Part shown: piece after piece, positions 1-12,000 of the stretch | How the letters are laid out: the number at the start of each line of letters is the position of its first letter | How positions within the stretch are numbered: position 1 is the first letter of the stretch | Assembly: GCF_000315625.1 (NCBI RefSeq) | Contig: NW_005434502.1 | Span: 1 to 64,000, forward strand | Direction of reading: 5' to 3' | DNA from: Guillardia theta CCMP2712 | Taxonomy: Eukaryota; Protista; Cryptophyta | DNA: 64,000 nt | Notes under the pieces: generated by a model | What the model was told of the DNA's origin: nothing | Databases searched by the model: none | Seen by the model: the letters and a program-made list of their open reading frames with translations, nothing else | Program-made: the position numbers and the translations under genes

Positions 1-53
1 TTCATCATCTCCTCCATCATCATCATCATCTCCATCATCTCCATCATCATCAT

Positions 54-90
<37 letters not shown>

Positions 91-100
91 TCCATCGTCA
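1..100. repeat. (CAT)n-type microsatellite
   Basis: Imperfect catcat/ctccat run seen directly. Confidence 0.9.
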
Positions 101-1630
101 ACATCAAGCATTTCATGACAAGGAATCTTCATTCACCTATAATCGCCGACCTTTCCATGTGACATGTCTCTTCATACCTGAGGTTACAACACAGAGCATG
201 AGTTCCACACGTCGCATCGGTTTCCTTCATTCTCTTGCCTACGAGAAGCTGATGCTTTCAGTGACGCACTGTTCTCTATTGCAGTCAGATCAAGTGCCAA
301 GTGCGAAGCTCGAAAACTCTGCGAGCAGCAGGACTCATGACAAGAAGCAGAGCAGGAGCGGAAATCAACACACATTGCTGTGCCCAGCGTTGTTTGTCTC
401 CTTTCCTGTACTTCATCGAATTACAAGAGCCGGTCTGAAATTTGCTTGAACCTTCTGACTTGTTCATGATAGAGGTTGAGATGTCACTTTCTGCTGATGA
501 ACTTTCTCGAAGCTTCTTTGCCTGGTAGATCGATCTTCGATCATCTCCTCACTTCACCTCCCCTCTCCTCTCATCTCCTCTCTTCTCTTCTCCTCTATCC
601 TCTTCCTCTCCTCTCCTCTCCTCTCCTCTCCTCACCTCCAAGAATCGCCTCCAGAACTCTTGCTCGCTCATGGCATGAGGAACCTGTACAAGTCAATCTC
701 CCAGCATGGGGCATGAACGCCAGCTGAGAAGATCTTTTCAACACATACCTGCTCTTCATAAACTTTGGCCAACTTGGGGTATTTCTTGAAGTACCTTGTT
801 CCCAATGAGTACAATCACTGATCAGATAGGAGATGATACTTGAAGATGGTTGAGGCGTCTAGTCTGTGTTGCTCCACGTTTTCTTCCTTGGCTGCTTTCT
901 TCTCTGGTGCTGCCCCGCCTCCTTTTCCGCCGCTGCTCCCCGACTGCTGCCCACGAGTCAAACAATCTCCCCTGCTATCACACTGGCCTCACCTGCTTCT
1001 TAGAAGAGCTGCTGGTGGAGGATCGAATGATTTCTGCTGCTGCATCCTGGCACGACGCTGCCGTCAGGTGCGACACGAGCTGTCTGATCCTGAACCTTGA
1101 ACGTGTCTCTCCAGGAAAACCCATCTCCTGCCCCGGTGAAGTCGAAAGTCACGTCCTGCAGGCTGTCAGCCTCTCCTTCCTTGCTCGTGCTGACATCAGC
1201 GCTGGCATACCTCTCCTCCGCTGATGCTCAGCCGCAGCAGCGCTTTCGATCCTCCCGTCTTGCTGACCTGCGCTAGGTTCAGCGAGCAGACTGCAACCCG
1301 ACGTGGAACCTGGAGGCTGCTGACCCGGGTACAGTCAACCTCAACCCTGTTGTTGTCTGACGAGCAACATCGTCAGCGTCCAACTTGAAAACTTCATCCA
1401 CTCCTCCAGCACGCCTCACCGAACTTGTAGGGCAAGAAGATCAACTTCGAGCTCCTGAGATGGAGTACCCCCTTCGTCTTCTCCTTCCCCACCGACACGT
1501 CTCGGCAGCAGAGAGAAGCTCCTGCTCCTGCCGGTCGTCAGCTCGAGGAAGAGGAGGGGACTTGCCTACCTCCCTCTTCCTCCTCCCCCGTCGTCAGATC
1601 GATGACTCCCTCCCTCCCGCCGTCCGCCAT
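1..1630 (-). CDS. GTF2H1: TFIIH subunit p62/Tfb1 (PH + BSD domains), multi-exon, 3' end runs off the window
   Basis: ATG at 1630 (MADGGREG...). PH-like exon KEKTKGVLHLRSSKLIFLPYK. Spliced exons at ~635-890 read LDASTIFKYFKKYPKLAKVYEEQ-VPHAMSEQEFWRRFLE, matching the p62 BSD signature (IFxxYPxVxxxYxxxVPxxMSExEFWxRF). Confidence 0.72.
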
Positions 1631-1914
1631 CACACCTAGGTGAGCCTGCCTCAGATGCTTGACTGCCCGGGCCAGGCCCGGGGCCCGCACTCACGGTGAC
1701 TGCCGCACTGGCCCACCGTCACTGGGCCGGCCAGGGCCGTGACTACCTCAGTGAAGGCCCGGGACTGGCACTATGCCAAGTCAGCGCCGGTAAGCCCCGG
1801 CTTGCAGCCCCGGTGTGAGAGTGAGCTATGACAGGCCGACGGGGCAACGGTGCCACGGAACGGTTCATTTCAGAGTTTCTCATGATAGAATTTTTCCAAC
1901 TCAACTTTGTACCA

Positions 1915-3451
1915 TTAACTACCCCTACCGTCCCTCTTAGCGGCCGAGGCAACACCACAAGGACTGAGCACAGACGGCTGGGCTGCCACAGCTATTCCCT
2001 CTTTCACAGAAGCCCCAGACGAGCTGCTGCCGCCATGTTGCCCCTCAGTCCTCTCATGCAGGATCTTCTCTGCCCGCTCCAGGAACGGCTGGTACATCCT
2101 CTCAAGATCCTCCGCTAGTGCGTGCAGTCGCTGTATCCCCTCCCTTGACTTCTGCATCCCCATGATCGTCTCGTCCTGCAGACACAACATCTTCCATCAG
2201 CGCGCTTGCGCCCGAAGCTCTCAGGCCCCACCCGGAGGTTCCCTCTCCCCCCTCTCTCCTCCAGTCCCCTCTCCCTTCTCACCGCGTACAAGTCTGACAC
2301 GAAGTCGCTCTTCCATGCCTCGTAGTCTCGTCCAGCGTTCAAGTGCATCTGTATTCTCGCACTCGACCCCTCCGACGGCATCACGGCTGACTCGTACTCC
2401 CCCCGATCCACCTGCCCCGCAGCAAGCACAGATTGTCAGACCAGTAAACGCACTCACCCCAGTCAAGTCCCCCCTCCCTAGCTCTCTACTCCCTCTCCGC
2501 CTCCCACTAACTCACCGGTACGAAATACGCCTTGATTGCTCTTGGTCGCCCGTAGCTGTCGAATTCCTCCTGCTGTATTAGCTTCACGCCCACACACTCT
2601 GCCCCCGTCTCGTCTCGAAAATTTCGGAGTCTGATTTGCATCATCATCGGCTGTCCCGGTCTGACTGCAAACGACCAGGTGCTGTACATCACGTAGCAGA
2701 AGTAGGAAAACTCTGTTGTAGGCAGCCGCAGCTCTCTGTTCGCTATCCTCGCCAGCAGCTCCTCCTCATGTAAGCCTATCAGCCTCGACGTGGCATCGGA
2801 AGCAAACACATGGGCCCGCTGCCCCGTCGACGGATGCAGATGCTGCTTCACCATCCCAAAGGTCTGCTGGTCGTAGAATGCTCGGTCTAGCTCCAAGTCT
2901 GGCTTCATTTCTGTCTCGCCTCCCCCCATCAGCAGGTGGTCCTCCACTCTCCGACACTGCTTCTCGATCTTGTCTGCCATGATGATCTCTACCGCATGCA
3001 GCGCTCGTCGTGTCACCTGCTGCAGGTAGGGAGGAAGATAGAGGAAGGTGTTCATCAGCTCCTGCGAGCTGAAGCCGAACTCCCAGTGCCTCGCCAGCAC
3101 GCGATCCGGCCACCCCATCGAGTTCATCTGCTCCCGCAAAGCTGACGGCTTGTCGAACGACACGCTTCGGATCCAGAAGTCTAGCGGTCTCTCCACCCGC
3201 AGCTCTCCCATCCGCCTCCTCTGATGCGCCAGGGCAAGGTCTGCTTGCTCCACCTCTCGCATCCCGTCGTCCGTGACTATCAGCTCCATGTCTTCGTACA
3301 CGCACTGCTCCTCTTTCAATCGACCCCTGCAGCGGGAGCAGGGTCGGCCCTCGTCGCACTTGACCTTGGATCTCTTGCACACAACGCACGCGACCAAGCT
3401 CCTGGTCCTCGAGGGCTTCGACACTCTCAGTCTCACGCAACGCCCTGCCAT
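1915..3451 (-). CDS. Zn(II)2Cys6 binuclear-cluster transcription factor with possible C-terminal PAS-like region
   Basis: ACVVCKRSKVKCDEGRPCSRCRGRLKEEQC = Cx2Cx6Cx5Cx2Cx8C. Long first exon (ORF 2507-3487, ATG 3451). Further coding-like exons at ~2280-2415 and ~1915-2225; 3' end approximate. Confidence 0.85.
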
Positions 3452-4469
3452 GTTGTGCTTGACGCACCTGCACCCCCATGACAACAAACGTCACACATGA
3501 TACGACACAAAGGTTGTCAGCTGCCAGCCAGCCCGCCTGCCAGCTTCCCCTCCACCGCTCCCCTCGCAATCCTCGCCCCCCCCCCCCCCCCTTCCACCCC
3601 CTCACCTCGAGCATGGCTGGAAGGTGTCGCACTTGTGCTTCGAATCGATGCAGGGCCTGCAAGCAAACCTGATCTTCTTCATCCTCCTGCTGATGTCTGC
3701 GACAGGTAAGTCAGCCAGCTGCCATCATGAGCGCTGATAAGCGCAAGCTGATGGGTCTATGCCTCAGGTACGTGTTTCTACTTCCTTCAAGACGCGCACA
3801 CACGGCTAAGACATGAGCTACCAGCGCATAGCACCATCGAGCTCTGCTAGAGCAAACACTAGACCCTCTCGTACTCCTGGCTCTGCTGCTCTGTGAAACT
3901 CTGCCACAGGTACCGCCCTGCAGCATGCTTCGCTGCGATCTTGGGATGGAGTAGTAGTAAAGACAGAGAACGCAACTTTTCATTTCATCACGGTTTCGTA
4001 TCCGTCAGCAGGCTCCGATAAGGTCCAGCTCTAAAGTTTTACTCATCCGCAAGGAGTTAATTAGCAACATCAAGCTCGCCTCAAGATAGTTCATACGACA
4101 TTACAAGGACAGCATTTTGATTGTTAGCTCCATGTCTTAATGTGTGCTGCTGTCACATACGCAGCCAGACTTGAACGGAACTGCGGGCCGTCCGAGTCTT
4201 CTCACAAAGTTCACTCAAACTTCAAGTTAAGTTGCCAGTACGACCTTTTACTCAAAGTTAACGACACTCCGTGCGACTCGGGCCCGGTGGTGACCGGCCG
4301 CCGGCCTCCCGGCCCGGCGGTGCTACTGTCCGATCGGCAGCCTGAGCACTCGGCCCAGTTTCAGCGAGGATCTGAGGCAGATGTAGTGGAAAGGTTTGAC
4401 TTTCTTTTTCAGTCAATATATGGAAAGGAAAGTCCCTGCCCAGCATCATCACACCTTTTAGATACCAGG

Positions 4470-4735
4470 TAGGAGCAGGACTGAGGAGCAGGAGCAGGAG
4501 CAGGAGCAGGAGGCAGGAGGCAGGAGGCAGGAGGCAGGAGGCAGGAGGCAGGAGGCAGGAGGCAGGAGGATCAGGATCAGGATCAGGAGGCAGGAGCAGG
4601 AGGCAGGAGGATCAGGATCAAGGGGCAGGAGGAGCAGGAGCAGGAGCAGGGAGCAGGAGGAGCAGGAGGAGGCAGGAGGCAGGAGGCAGGAGGCAGGAGG
4701 CAGGAGGCAGGAGGCAGGAGCAGGATCGGGAGCAA
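4470..4735. repeat. Low-complexity GGAGGCA/GGAGCA tandem repeat
   Basis: Heptamer and hexamer tandem units seen directly. Confidence 0.85.
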
Positions 4736-4935
4736 ATGGAGGAGGAGGTGGGGCGGAGGGGCGGGGGGGGGATTTGGGAGATATTCGAGACCTTGAAGGC
4801 TATCGAGAAGAATCTCTTTGTGCGCAAATTTGCAAGCTGCCTGAAACATTGTTAGGATCCGCTGTGGCAGCGCTGGTTGAGACGTCTCTTCACTATCTGC
4901 GGGCCTTGAAGGGAGACAAGAAAACTATCCTCAGG

Positions 4936-7407
4936 ATGTTGTCTCCCGTCATGGGGAACAGGGTCAACGCCTGCGCCATCGCATCGCTAGTGCTGCTATG
5001 GGCGTGTTGGGTGGTCTTTGTGGACCTCAGCGGCAACCGGTCAGGCGGCTCCGGGGGTAGGGAGTGCAGGGGCAAGGATTGCAGAGACAACACGTCAAGG
5101 CTGGTGCAGCAGCAGCGGCACCAAGATTCGCTGACGAGGTTGGTCGAGGACACGAAGGATCCAAACGAGGGACGCGCACAAAAGGATGAGACGAGCGCTC
5201 CTGTCAAGCCACTTGCTGACTTGAGAATGGTGTCAAGTCCGAACCCCAGCACGACCAGTGACCATAGAGACACGGTCGAGTTCTCGTTAAAGAATGACCC
5301 AGCAAGACTCTCTTGGTTCATTGAAAAGATACAAAGAGGAGGTTTCAGCAAGCTGCGACGACTGGACTTGACGGGCTGCCAAATCAGTGAGTTTCCTGTT
5401 GAGATCTGCAAACTGCGAAGTCTTGAACTGTTGAATCTTGGCAACAACTCACTCTCAACCCTTCCGAGCCAATTTGAGAACTTGATTTCTCTCAAGATCT
5501 TGTTCTTCCTGGGGAATCAATTTTCAAGCATTCCTGCGGTGGTGGGAAAGTTGAACTCTTTAGAAATCCTCAGCTTCAAAGGCAACAAACTTGTCGAGTT
5601 GGGAGATGATTTGCCTGTCGCATTGAAGTCTCTGGTGTTGACGGACAACTCACTAAGAAATCTGCCGAGCTCGATCGGAAAGTTGACCGAGCTTCAGAAG
5701 ATCATGCTCTCAAACAACAAGCTCTCATCACTTCCTTCTGAACTTGCCTTGGTGATCCAATAACTACTTGCCCGCGGCAGAAAGATAACGTTTCGTGGCA
5801 GTGCAAGAAGCTGGAGCTCATCAGACTGTCGAAGAACGAGCTGAAATCTATTCCCAAGGAGATATTTGACCTCCCATGTGCGAGATTATTGTTGAGCCTT
5901 GACTTCTCCTCTCTCATAATCATGGATGAGCAGCACTCGCATGGTTTGCTATCGGGAGCAATCCTATGACTCCTCCTGTCCCGTCCATACGGTCAAGGTG
6001 CTGCCGATTCACCTAACCTGAAGTTTGTCTGTTCAGGGTTCCCGAGAACACTGTCGATCAGTTTGAGATCTTTGAGCGTCTAGGAAAGGTACATGGGCAC
6101 GTGCAGTAGCGACCTGCCAGCCACTGAAAGAGACTTAGGGAGCGTCGGGCAAGGTATACAGGGCTATATCGAAGGAGACCAAAGAGGAGGGTAAGAAGTG
6201 CATGACACACCATCTTGTCTGATTGTTCCTTGCAGTTGCTATCAAGTTCTTCCACAAGTTCAACGCGATATCAGATGGGTTGACCTCTTTCTCACATGAT
6301 TCTCTTGGGCTGACATGTACGCTTCAGATCTCCGCTCGATGAGCTAGCTATTTCCTCCATCGTCAACAGCACCCACGTCCAAGTGAACATGCTGGTTGCT
6401 GTCGTCGTTGCTGTGCGCTCACCGTCCTACAGCGCCTCCTGGGAGTCATTCGCAAACCGATGCTCGCAGCTGGTGCTGACTGCAACTTTGTTTGTAAGCT
6501 AACGTCCTCTATCAGTCACTACAATCTCTCGAAGAAGCTCGAAGAACCTTGGATCTCCTCCATCCTTCTCGACCATCACGCGGGATACTTATCGGGGTGA
6601 GTGCCCCATGGATGAGGCTTCATGCTCCTGTAGAGTCTTCGGCCTCCTGTTGATGAGATGCCTGCAACAGACTTTACCATGTCAGCCGCAAATTGCTTGA
6701 AGATACTGCAGCAGGTATGAGCCTTGTATGGAACTTCAACAATGACTTCAAGTGGCAACAGGTGGCTTCGGGACTAGCAGCCATCCACTCTGCGGTTAGT
6801 TTTCTTTCTCCACTTTTGATGCCGTTGCCAACGTCTCACAGGGAATCTGCCATGGGGACTTATACGCCCACAACATCATGGCGGACACCTCGATTGGTAC
6901 TTGATGCAGGCAAGACGAATGTCTCACTGAATCGCTACTGCTCAGGTTGGGCTCAGATCTTGGACTTTGGGGCAAGCTTTCTCTATGAGAAAGATGTCAA
7001 GGACTCCTTGATCGACGGGGAGAGAGTTCAGCGGTTTGATGTTCTTGCACTGGGGAGATTGGTATGATGCCCCTCCCTGATCCAAGACGTTGACATGCCG
7101 CACCAGATCTTGGAGCTCGTGAGCCGTGTCGAGGGCGGGTAGCTCTATGAAGTACTTTGATACAAGTTCTCACAGCAGGGCTACAGCAACGAGGGAGAAG
7201 GCAAGGAGACGCTGGACAGGCTGAGGAAGGTTGCCGAGGTAAGTTCACTTGTCGACATATGTAAGTTCTCTCACATCGATCGATCAGGCATGTCTAGATG
7301 CGAATGTGATGAGGTGATAGGCATTCTCTTCCTCTCTCTGCGTGCTCTGATGACAATCTTACAGCCGTCCTACCGCCGCCACCATTGCACGCCGTCTACA
7401 CGCCTGA
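4936..7407 (+). CDS. Leucine-rich-repeat protein kinase with N-terminal hydrophobic anchor, many short exons
   Basis: LxxLxLxxN repeats (LRRLDLTGC, LELLNLGNN, LKILFFLGN, LKSLVLTDN). Spliced kinase motifs AIKFFH, LGSPPSFSTITRD, CHGDLYAHNIM, LDFGASF, DVLALG and final RPTAATIARRLHA* (stop 7405-7407). Confidence 0.85.
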
Positions 7408-9006
7408 AGCATTTCGACTTGAATTTTCATTTTTAGCTCCTTCGAGTTGGAAAGAAGCCCAAGCATTTGAAAATATTAATTCGTTAGAATCATTGAAATT
7501 CTATTATTAGTTTTCAAATATGAATGGACCTTTCAACTTGTTTTCAAACGTAGAACTACCCAGCCCTCAATCTACTGGGGTAAAGTACCGGTACTCAACA
7601 ACGCCTCCAACACTACCCCAACCCCCCACTTTGTCCCGGTGTTGATCACCCCCACCCACCCCTAACACACGTGCGCTCAGACCACCCATTCTTGTCTCAT
7701 TTTCTACCCCACTTTGTCACTAGGATTGACCCTACCCCTTCAGAGATGACCCCATTTACCATAACCATGACAAATCGACACCCCCACCCATTCTTCAGCT
7801 ACAAAATCAGAACCCTACCATCTGAATCAGAAACTACCACTGATCACCCCTTCTTTCATCTGCAAACTTACCAGTGCTCAACCACCCCCACCCAACGTGT
7901 TCAGTAGGTTTATTTACCCCTACCCCCTCGGACAACACCACCCTACCCACACGGAGCCCAGGGTTTGGGGGGCCACCGTCATGGCGGATCACATCCGCCC
8001 CCTCCCGAGTCATGGTCGCTGTCACAGAGCCTCCTGCTCCCGCTCCCCTCCTATCTGGTCTTTCTCTCCTCTCTTCTCACCCTCTTATGTTCCTCTCTCC
8101 TCCTACTCTCTGCTCGCCTCCCCATCCTCTCTCATCCTTCCTTCCTTATCACCTCTGATCTGCTTCTCTCGTCCTCCTCGCTGATCTTCTTCTCTCCCCC
8201 TTTGCTCTCCTCGCCTCCTCCTCTTCTCTGATATCAATTTTCTTCCTCTTCTCTCCTTGCTTGTCCTTTCTCTTTTCACATCCTGGGATCCTCCTAGCCC
8301 AGTCCTTGGCGTTTCCGCTGTATTCCAGACCGCTGCATCTTTATTCACACTTTTGTTTGGTTGGATGGTATTATTTTCTTGCTTCATACCTTTAATTGAG
8401 CTCACATATCGTTTTATCCTTTTCATCTTTCTTTGCTCGTTTTGATAGCAAGAAACCTTTCGCTATTCGCACGTGTGATCATGAACCCCCGTTGCGCCCA
8501 TGTGCAAATCTGTATTGCTCCAACAGCATCAGGACCAGCAAGATCCAGATGGCTTCATGTATTCTGTTGTTGCATCTAAGAATAGCGGTGTGTGTCTCCT
8601 CATCTCGAATATTAAGATAGCACAACTTTCTTTCCCGAATGACAAACTCCCTGTTTTCTCAAGTTGTCTGTTCTCTTGTTGTCTGTCAGCCATTCCATGC
8701 AAGTTGAAGATTGAGGATAATTCTATAAGCTTCTAGCGCATATTTGATTTTTTGCTATACATACAAACATGACATGTAGTGCATTTGCCCTGTAGGGTTT
8801 GAATCAGTCTTTCCATTTCAGCCAGCTGAAAACGATCTTGAAATTTTCAACCTTTCCCTGACATGCATATTCAGAGCTTTGGAACATCTCCCGGGGGATT
8901 GTGAGATCGGCAACAGCACATGTGAGCAGCTTTCTAAAGCATCTTCGAAAATGATATCATTGCAGAGCATAGTACCTCTGCCGATCTCCAACTCCACATT
9001 GGTAAC

Positions 9007-12000
9007 ATGTCGATAATTGCTGTGACTGCCACTGCAGTCGCAGCAATATTGACGGGATGCTCCGAGACACATGTAAGCTGAGAGAGTGTCTGACCATTGC
9101 AATGAGCGATACCTGTTGTCGTGGCTCCGTCGGCTGCATGCTGACTTCTGCGGCAGGCTTTTCAACCGTCGATGATGGGCAGAGCTCAGCCGCGCATGGC
9201 GAGTTGCAATCATCATCAACAGAAGTTCTTGCCTTGTAGTCTCCAACGTCATCCGATCCTCATTCAATCAACATCGCAACCTGCAAGAAGCCTGCTGGGC
9301 AAGTCCAAGTCTCGCGTCAGATGTCAGGACAGACCTGCTCTGAGGGGTGCGGAGCAAGCGAGCGAGTCGGAGGAGAAGAAGGCGGAGGCAACTAATAGCT
9401 CAATCGTCTCTGGGAAGGCTCGGCTCTATGGCGCGACTGAGACGAGGTCCGTCGCTCTTCAACGGGGCGTCTGAGCGCTGCTGACTTGCTGCTTTTCTAA
9501 CGTGCAGGAGGGGACATGGGGGAGGATTTGTAAACGGACTTCTGGGAGCTGTGGCAGATCGAGGTCAGGGAGGAGTTGCGAGGGTACGTGTGATGACGCT
9601 TGCTCGCAGAGTTCGATGCTGCCATCTTCGCTCTCGCCATCCCAGCCCTGGGGTCACTCATCATTGAGCCGGTGGTCCGAACGCTGGAAGCTGTCATGGT
9701 CGGGAGGCTGGGAGCTGCGCCACTTGGAGCCCTCAGTGAGTCAAGAGAGAGCAGAGGAAGAGGACAGGAGGAGAGGGAAGGGGGAGATAGTAGGAGAAAA
9801 GAGCAAGAGGAGAAGATGAGGATGAAGATGAGGGTGAGTGATTGTGTGCTTGCAGGTATTGGAGGGTCGGTGGTCTCCGTGTCTTTCCCTCTCTTCAATT
9901 TCTTTTCCTACGCCACCACTCCCATGGTGAGACAAGCAACCTTCTCCCTCGTGTTGCTCATCCTCCTGCTCCCTACCTGCAGGTTGCTCGAGCTCTTGCT
10001 CGTGACGATCCCAACGAGGCGTCTCGGCTAGTCGCTCAGGTCAGCACATTGCTCGTCTCCCCTTCCCCTTGTCCTCCCATCCTGGTCGCCATGAGCCTCT
10101 CACCTCCTATTCGCTCCATGCAAACCATCTCATTCCTTCCGTCAGGGGATCTGGTTGTCGACAGCAGTAGGATGCGTGCTGGGAACTCTCATGTTCAAGT
10201 TTGCGGACAACATCTTGAAGACGATGGGATCCAACGCTGAGATCTTTCCCTTCGCCCGAGCCTTCCTCATCATCCGAGCCTTCGCTGCTCCTGTACTACT
10301 TTCACCCCCTCCTAACCCCTTCACTCCCTCGACTCCCTTTCCCTCTCTTCGATCCCTCGTCCCTCCTGCTCCCCGTCTCCGCTTGCGCTTCAGCACTTTC
10401 CTGGTCCCAACTCCCCTCTTGCTCCCTGCCGAGAGCTGTAGAGTTTACGATCGCTCTGGTCAGGCGGAGCTGTGGCTGCTGGTAGCGAAGGGAGCTTCCT
10501 ATGGGCATCAGAACACGCGAGCTCCTCTCCTCGCCATTGCGACTGGAAGGTGGGACCAACTTCAGCCGACGTGCGCGACTTGACATGAAGGTTGTGCCAC
10601 AGTGCTGTTCACCTTGTACTGGATGCTGTCTTCATTCTTGGACTAGAGATGGGGCTGTCAGGTTCTAATTCTCCTTCCTCTTTCTACCTGCTCCGCTCCT
10701 CCCTCTGTCCTCCCTTTCCCTCCTTCCCACCTCGATACTCCATCCTTCCTCAATCGTTCCCTCTTCATCCTTTCCCGTCGTCCATGCACCCCTATGCGTG
10801 CACGCCATTACCGTCTTATCCGCCTCCTCGTCTTCCTCCTCAATCTTTATTCTCACTGGCTTACAGGGGCAGCGCTGGCCGTCGTCATTTCCCAGTATCT
10901 TGCAGGTGAGATTTAGAGAAAGAGTGCAGAATGAAATAGGGGAGGGAGCAGAGGAGGACGAGGGCGAGGACGAGGGCGAGGGCGAGGACGAGGAGGTTGC
11001 ACGTTTACCTTCTGTCTCCAGCTCTCTTCCTGCTGCGATGCCTGGTGCAAGATGGAATCTTGAAGATCTCAGACTTGAGGAGGTAGAGATAAGACCGACT
11101 AAAGGAGCGCCAGGAGTTTCCTGAGAGTATCCTGCAGGCTTCCTGACATCACCAAGATCTTCACTTACCTCTCAGCCGGTCAAAACCTCCTCGTCCTCTC
11201 ACTCCCTGCTTGTCTTTGTTTCCTCCTTGTCCCCTCCTTTCAACTCCATGTCAACCTTCTCTCTCTTCCCTCCTACTTCCTTTAGTTTCCTGCTTCCAGT
11301 GCCTCTCTCCCCCCTCTCCCTCCTCGCTCCTTTACAGTGACCTCAAGAGCAGGCAGCGCTCTCCTCATCCGCACAATGTCCATGCAGGCCTTCTACACTG
11401 TCATGACCTCTTACGGCGCCAGGATGGGAACAGCAGGTGACTGCGCTTGTCATTCCTCCTCCACCACCTGCCTTCCTCCTCCCGTCCTCCTCCTCCCGTC
11501 TTCCTCCTCCCGTCTTCCTCCTCACCTTCCTTGCCAGTCATCGCTGCACACGCCATCGCTCGTCAATGCTCTTCGCTCGAGGCTCTAGTGGTTGACGGAC
11601 TTGCCGTAGCGGCGCAGGTTGAATTCTTGTCTCTTCTTTCCTGCTCTCCATCCTCCATCTCTCGTCCTCCCTCCCTCTCTTATTCAGGAACGAGGATCCT
11701 TTTCTCTCCTCAATCCTTCCTCGATTCACTCCAAATGATCGGAACCTTGCAGGCGTTGGTCGCCATGTACATCGGCAAGGGGGACAGGTGAGGAGAAGCT
11801 GTGGGCGAGGATTCTCTTGCTGACGAGGGTGAGGAAAGGGTGTCAGCGCGGAGGCTGTGCAGGAGACTGCTGTTCCTCGGCGGAGTTGCGGGAACTGTGC
11901 TGGTAAAGCTCACTAGAGGCTGGAGAAGAGGAGGATTGGAGGGAGTTGGGTAGGGAGAGCAGAGTGGTACAGCAGCGGGCAGAGGGGGCAGGGCCAGGGC

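Noticed and set aside
8250-8950. Short ORFs upstream of MATE
   Set aside because: No motifs or coherent exon chain; treated as intergenic.
9418-9507. GC-AG intron in the MATE gene
   Set aside because: A canonical GT donor at ~9447 gives a consistent open frame into EFDAAIF.
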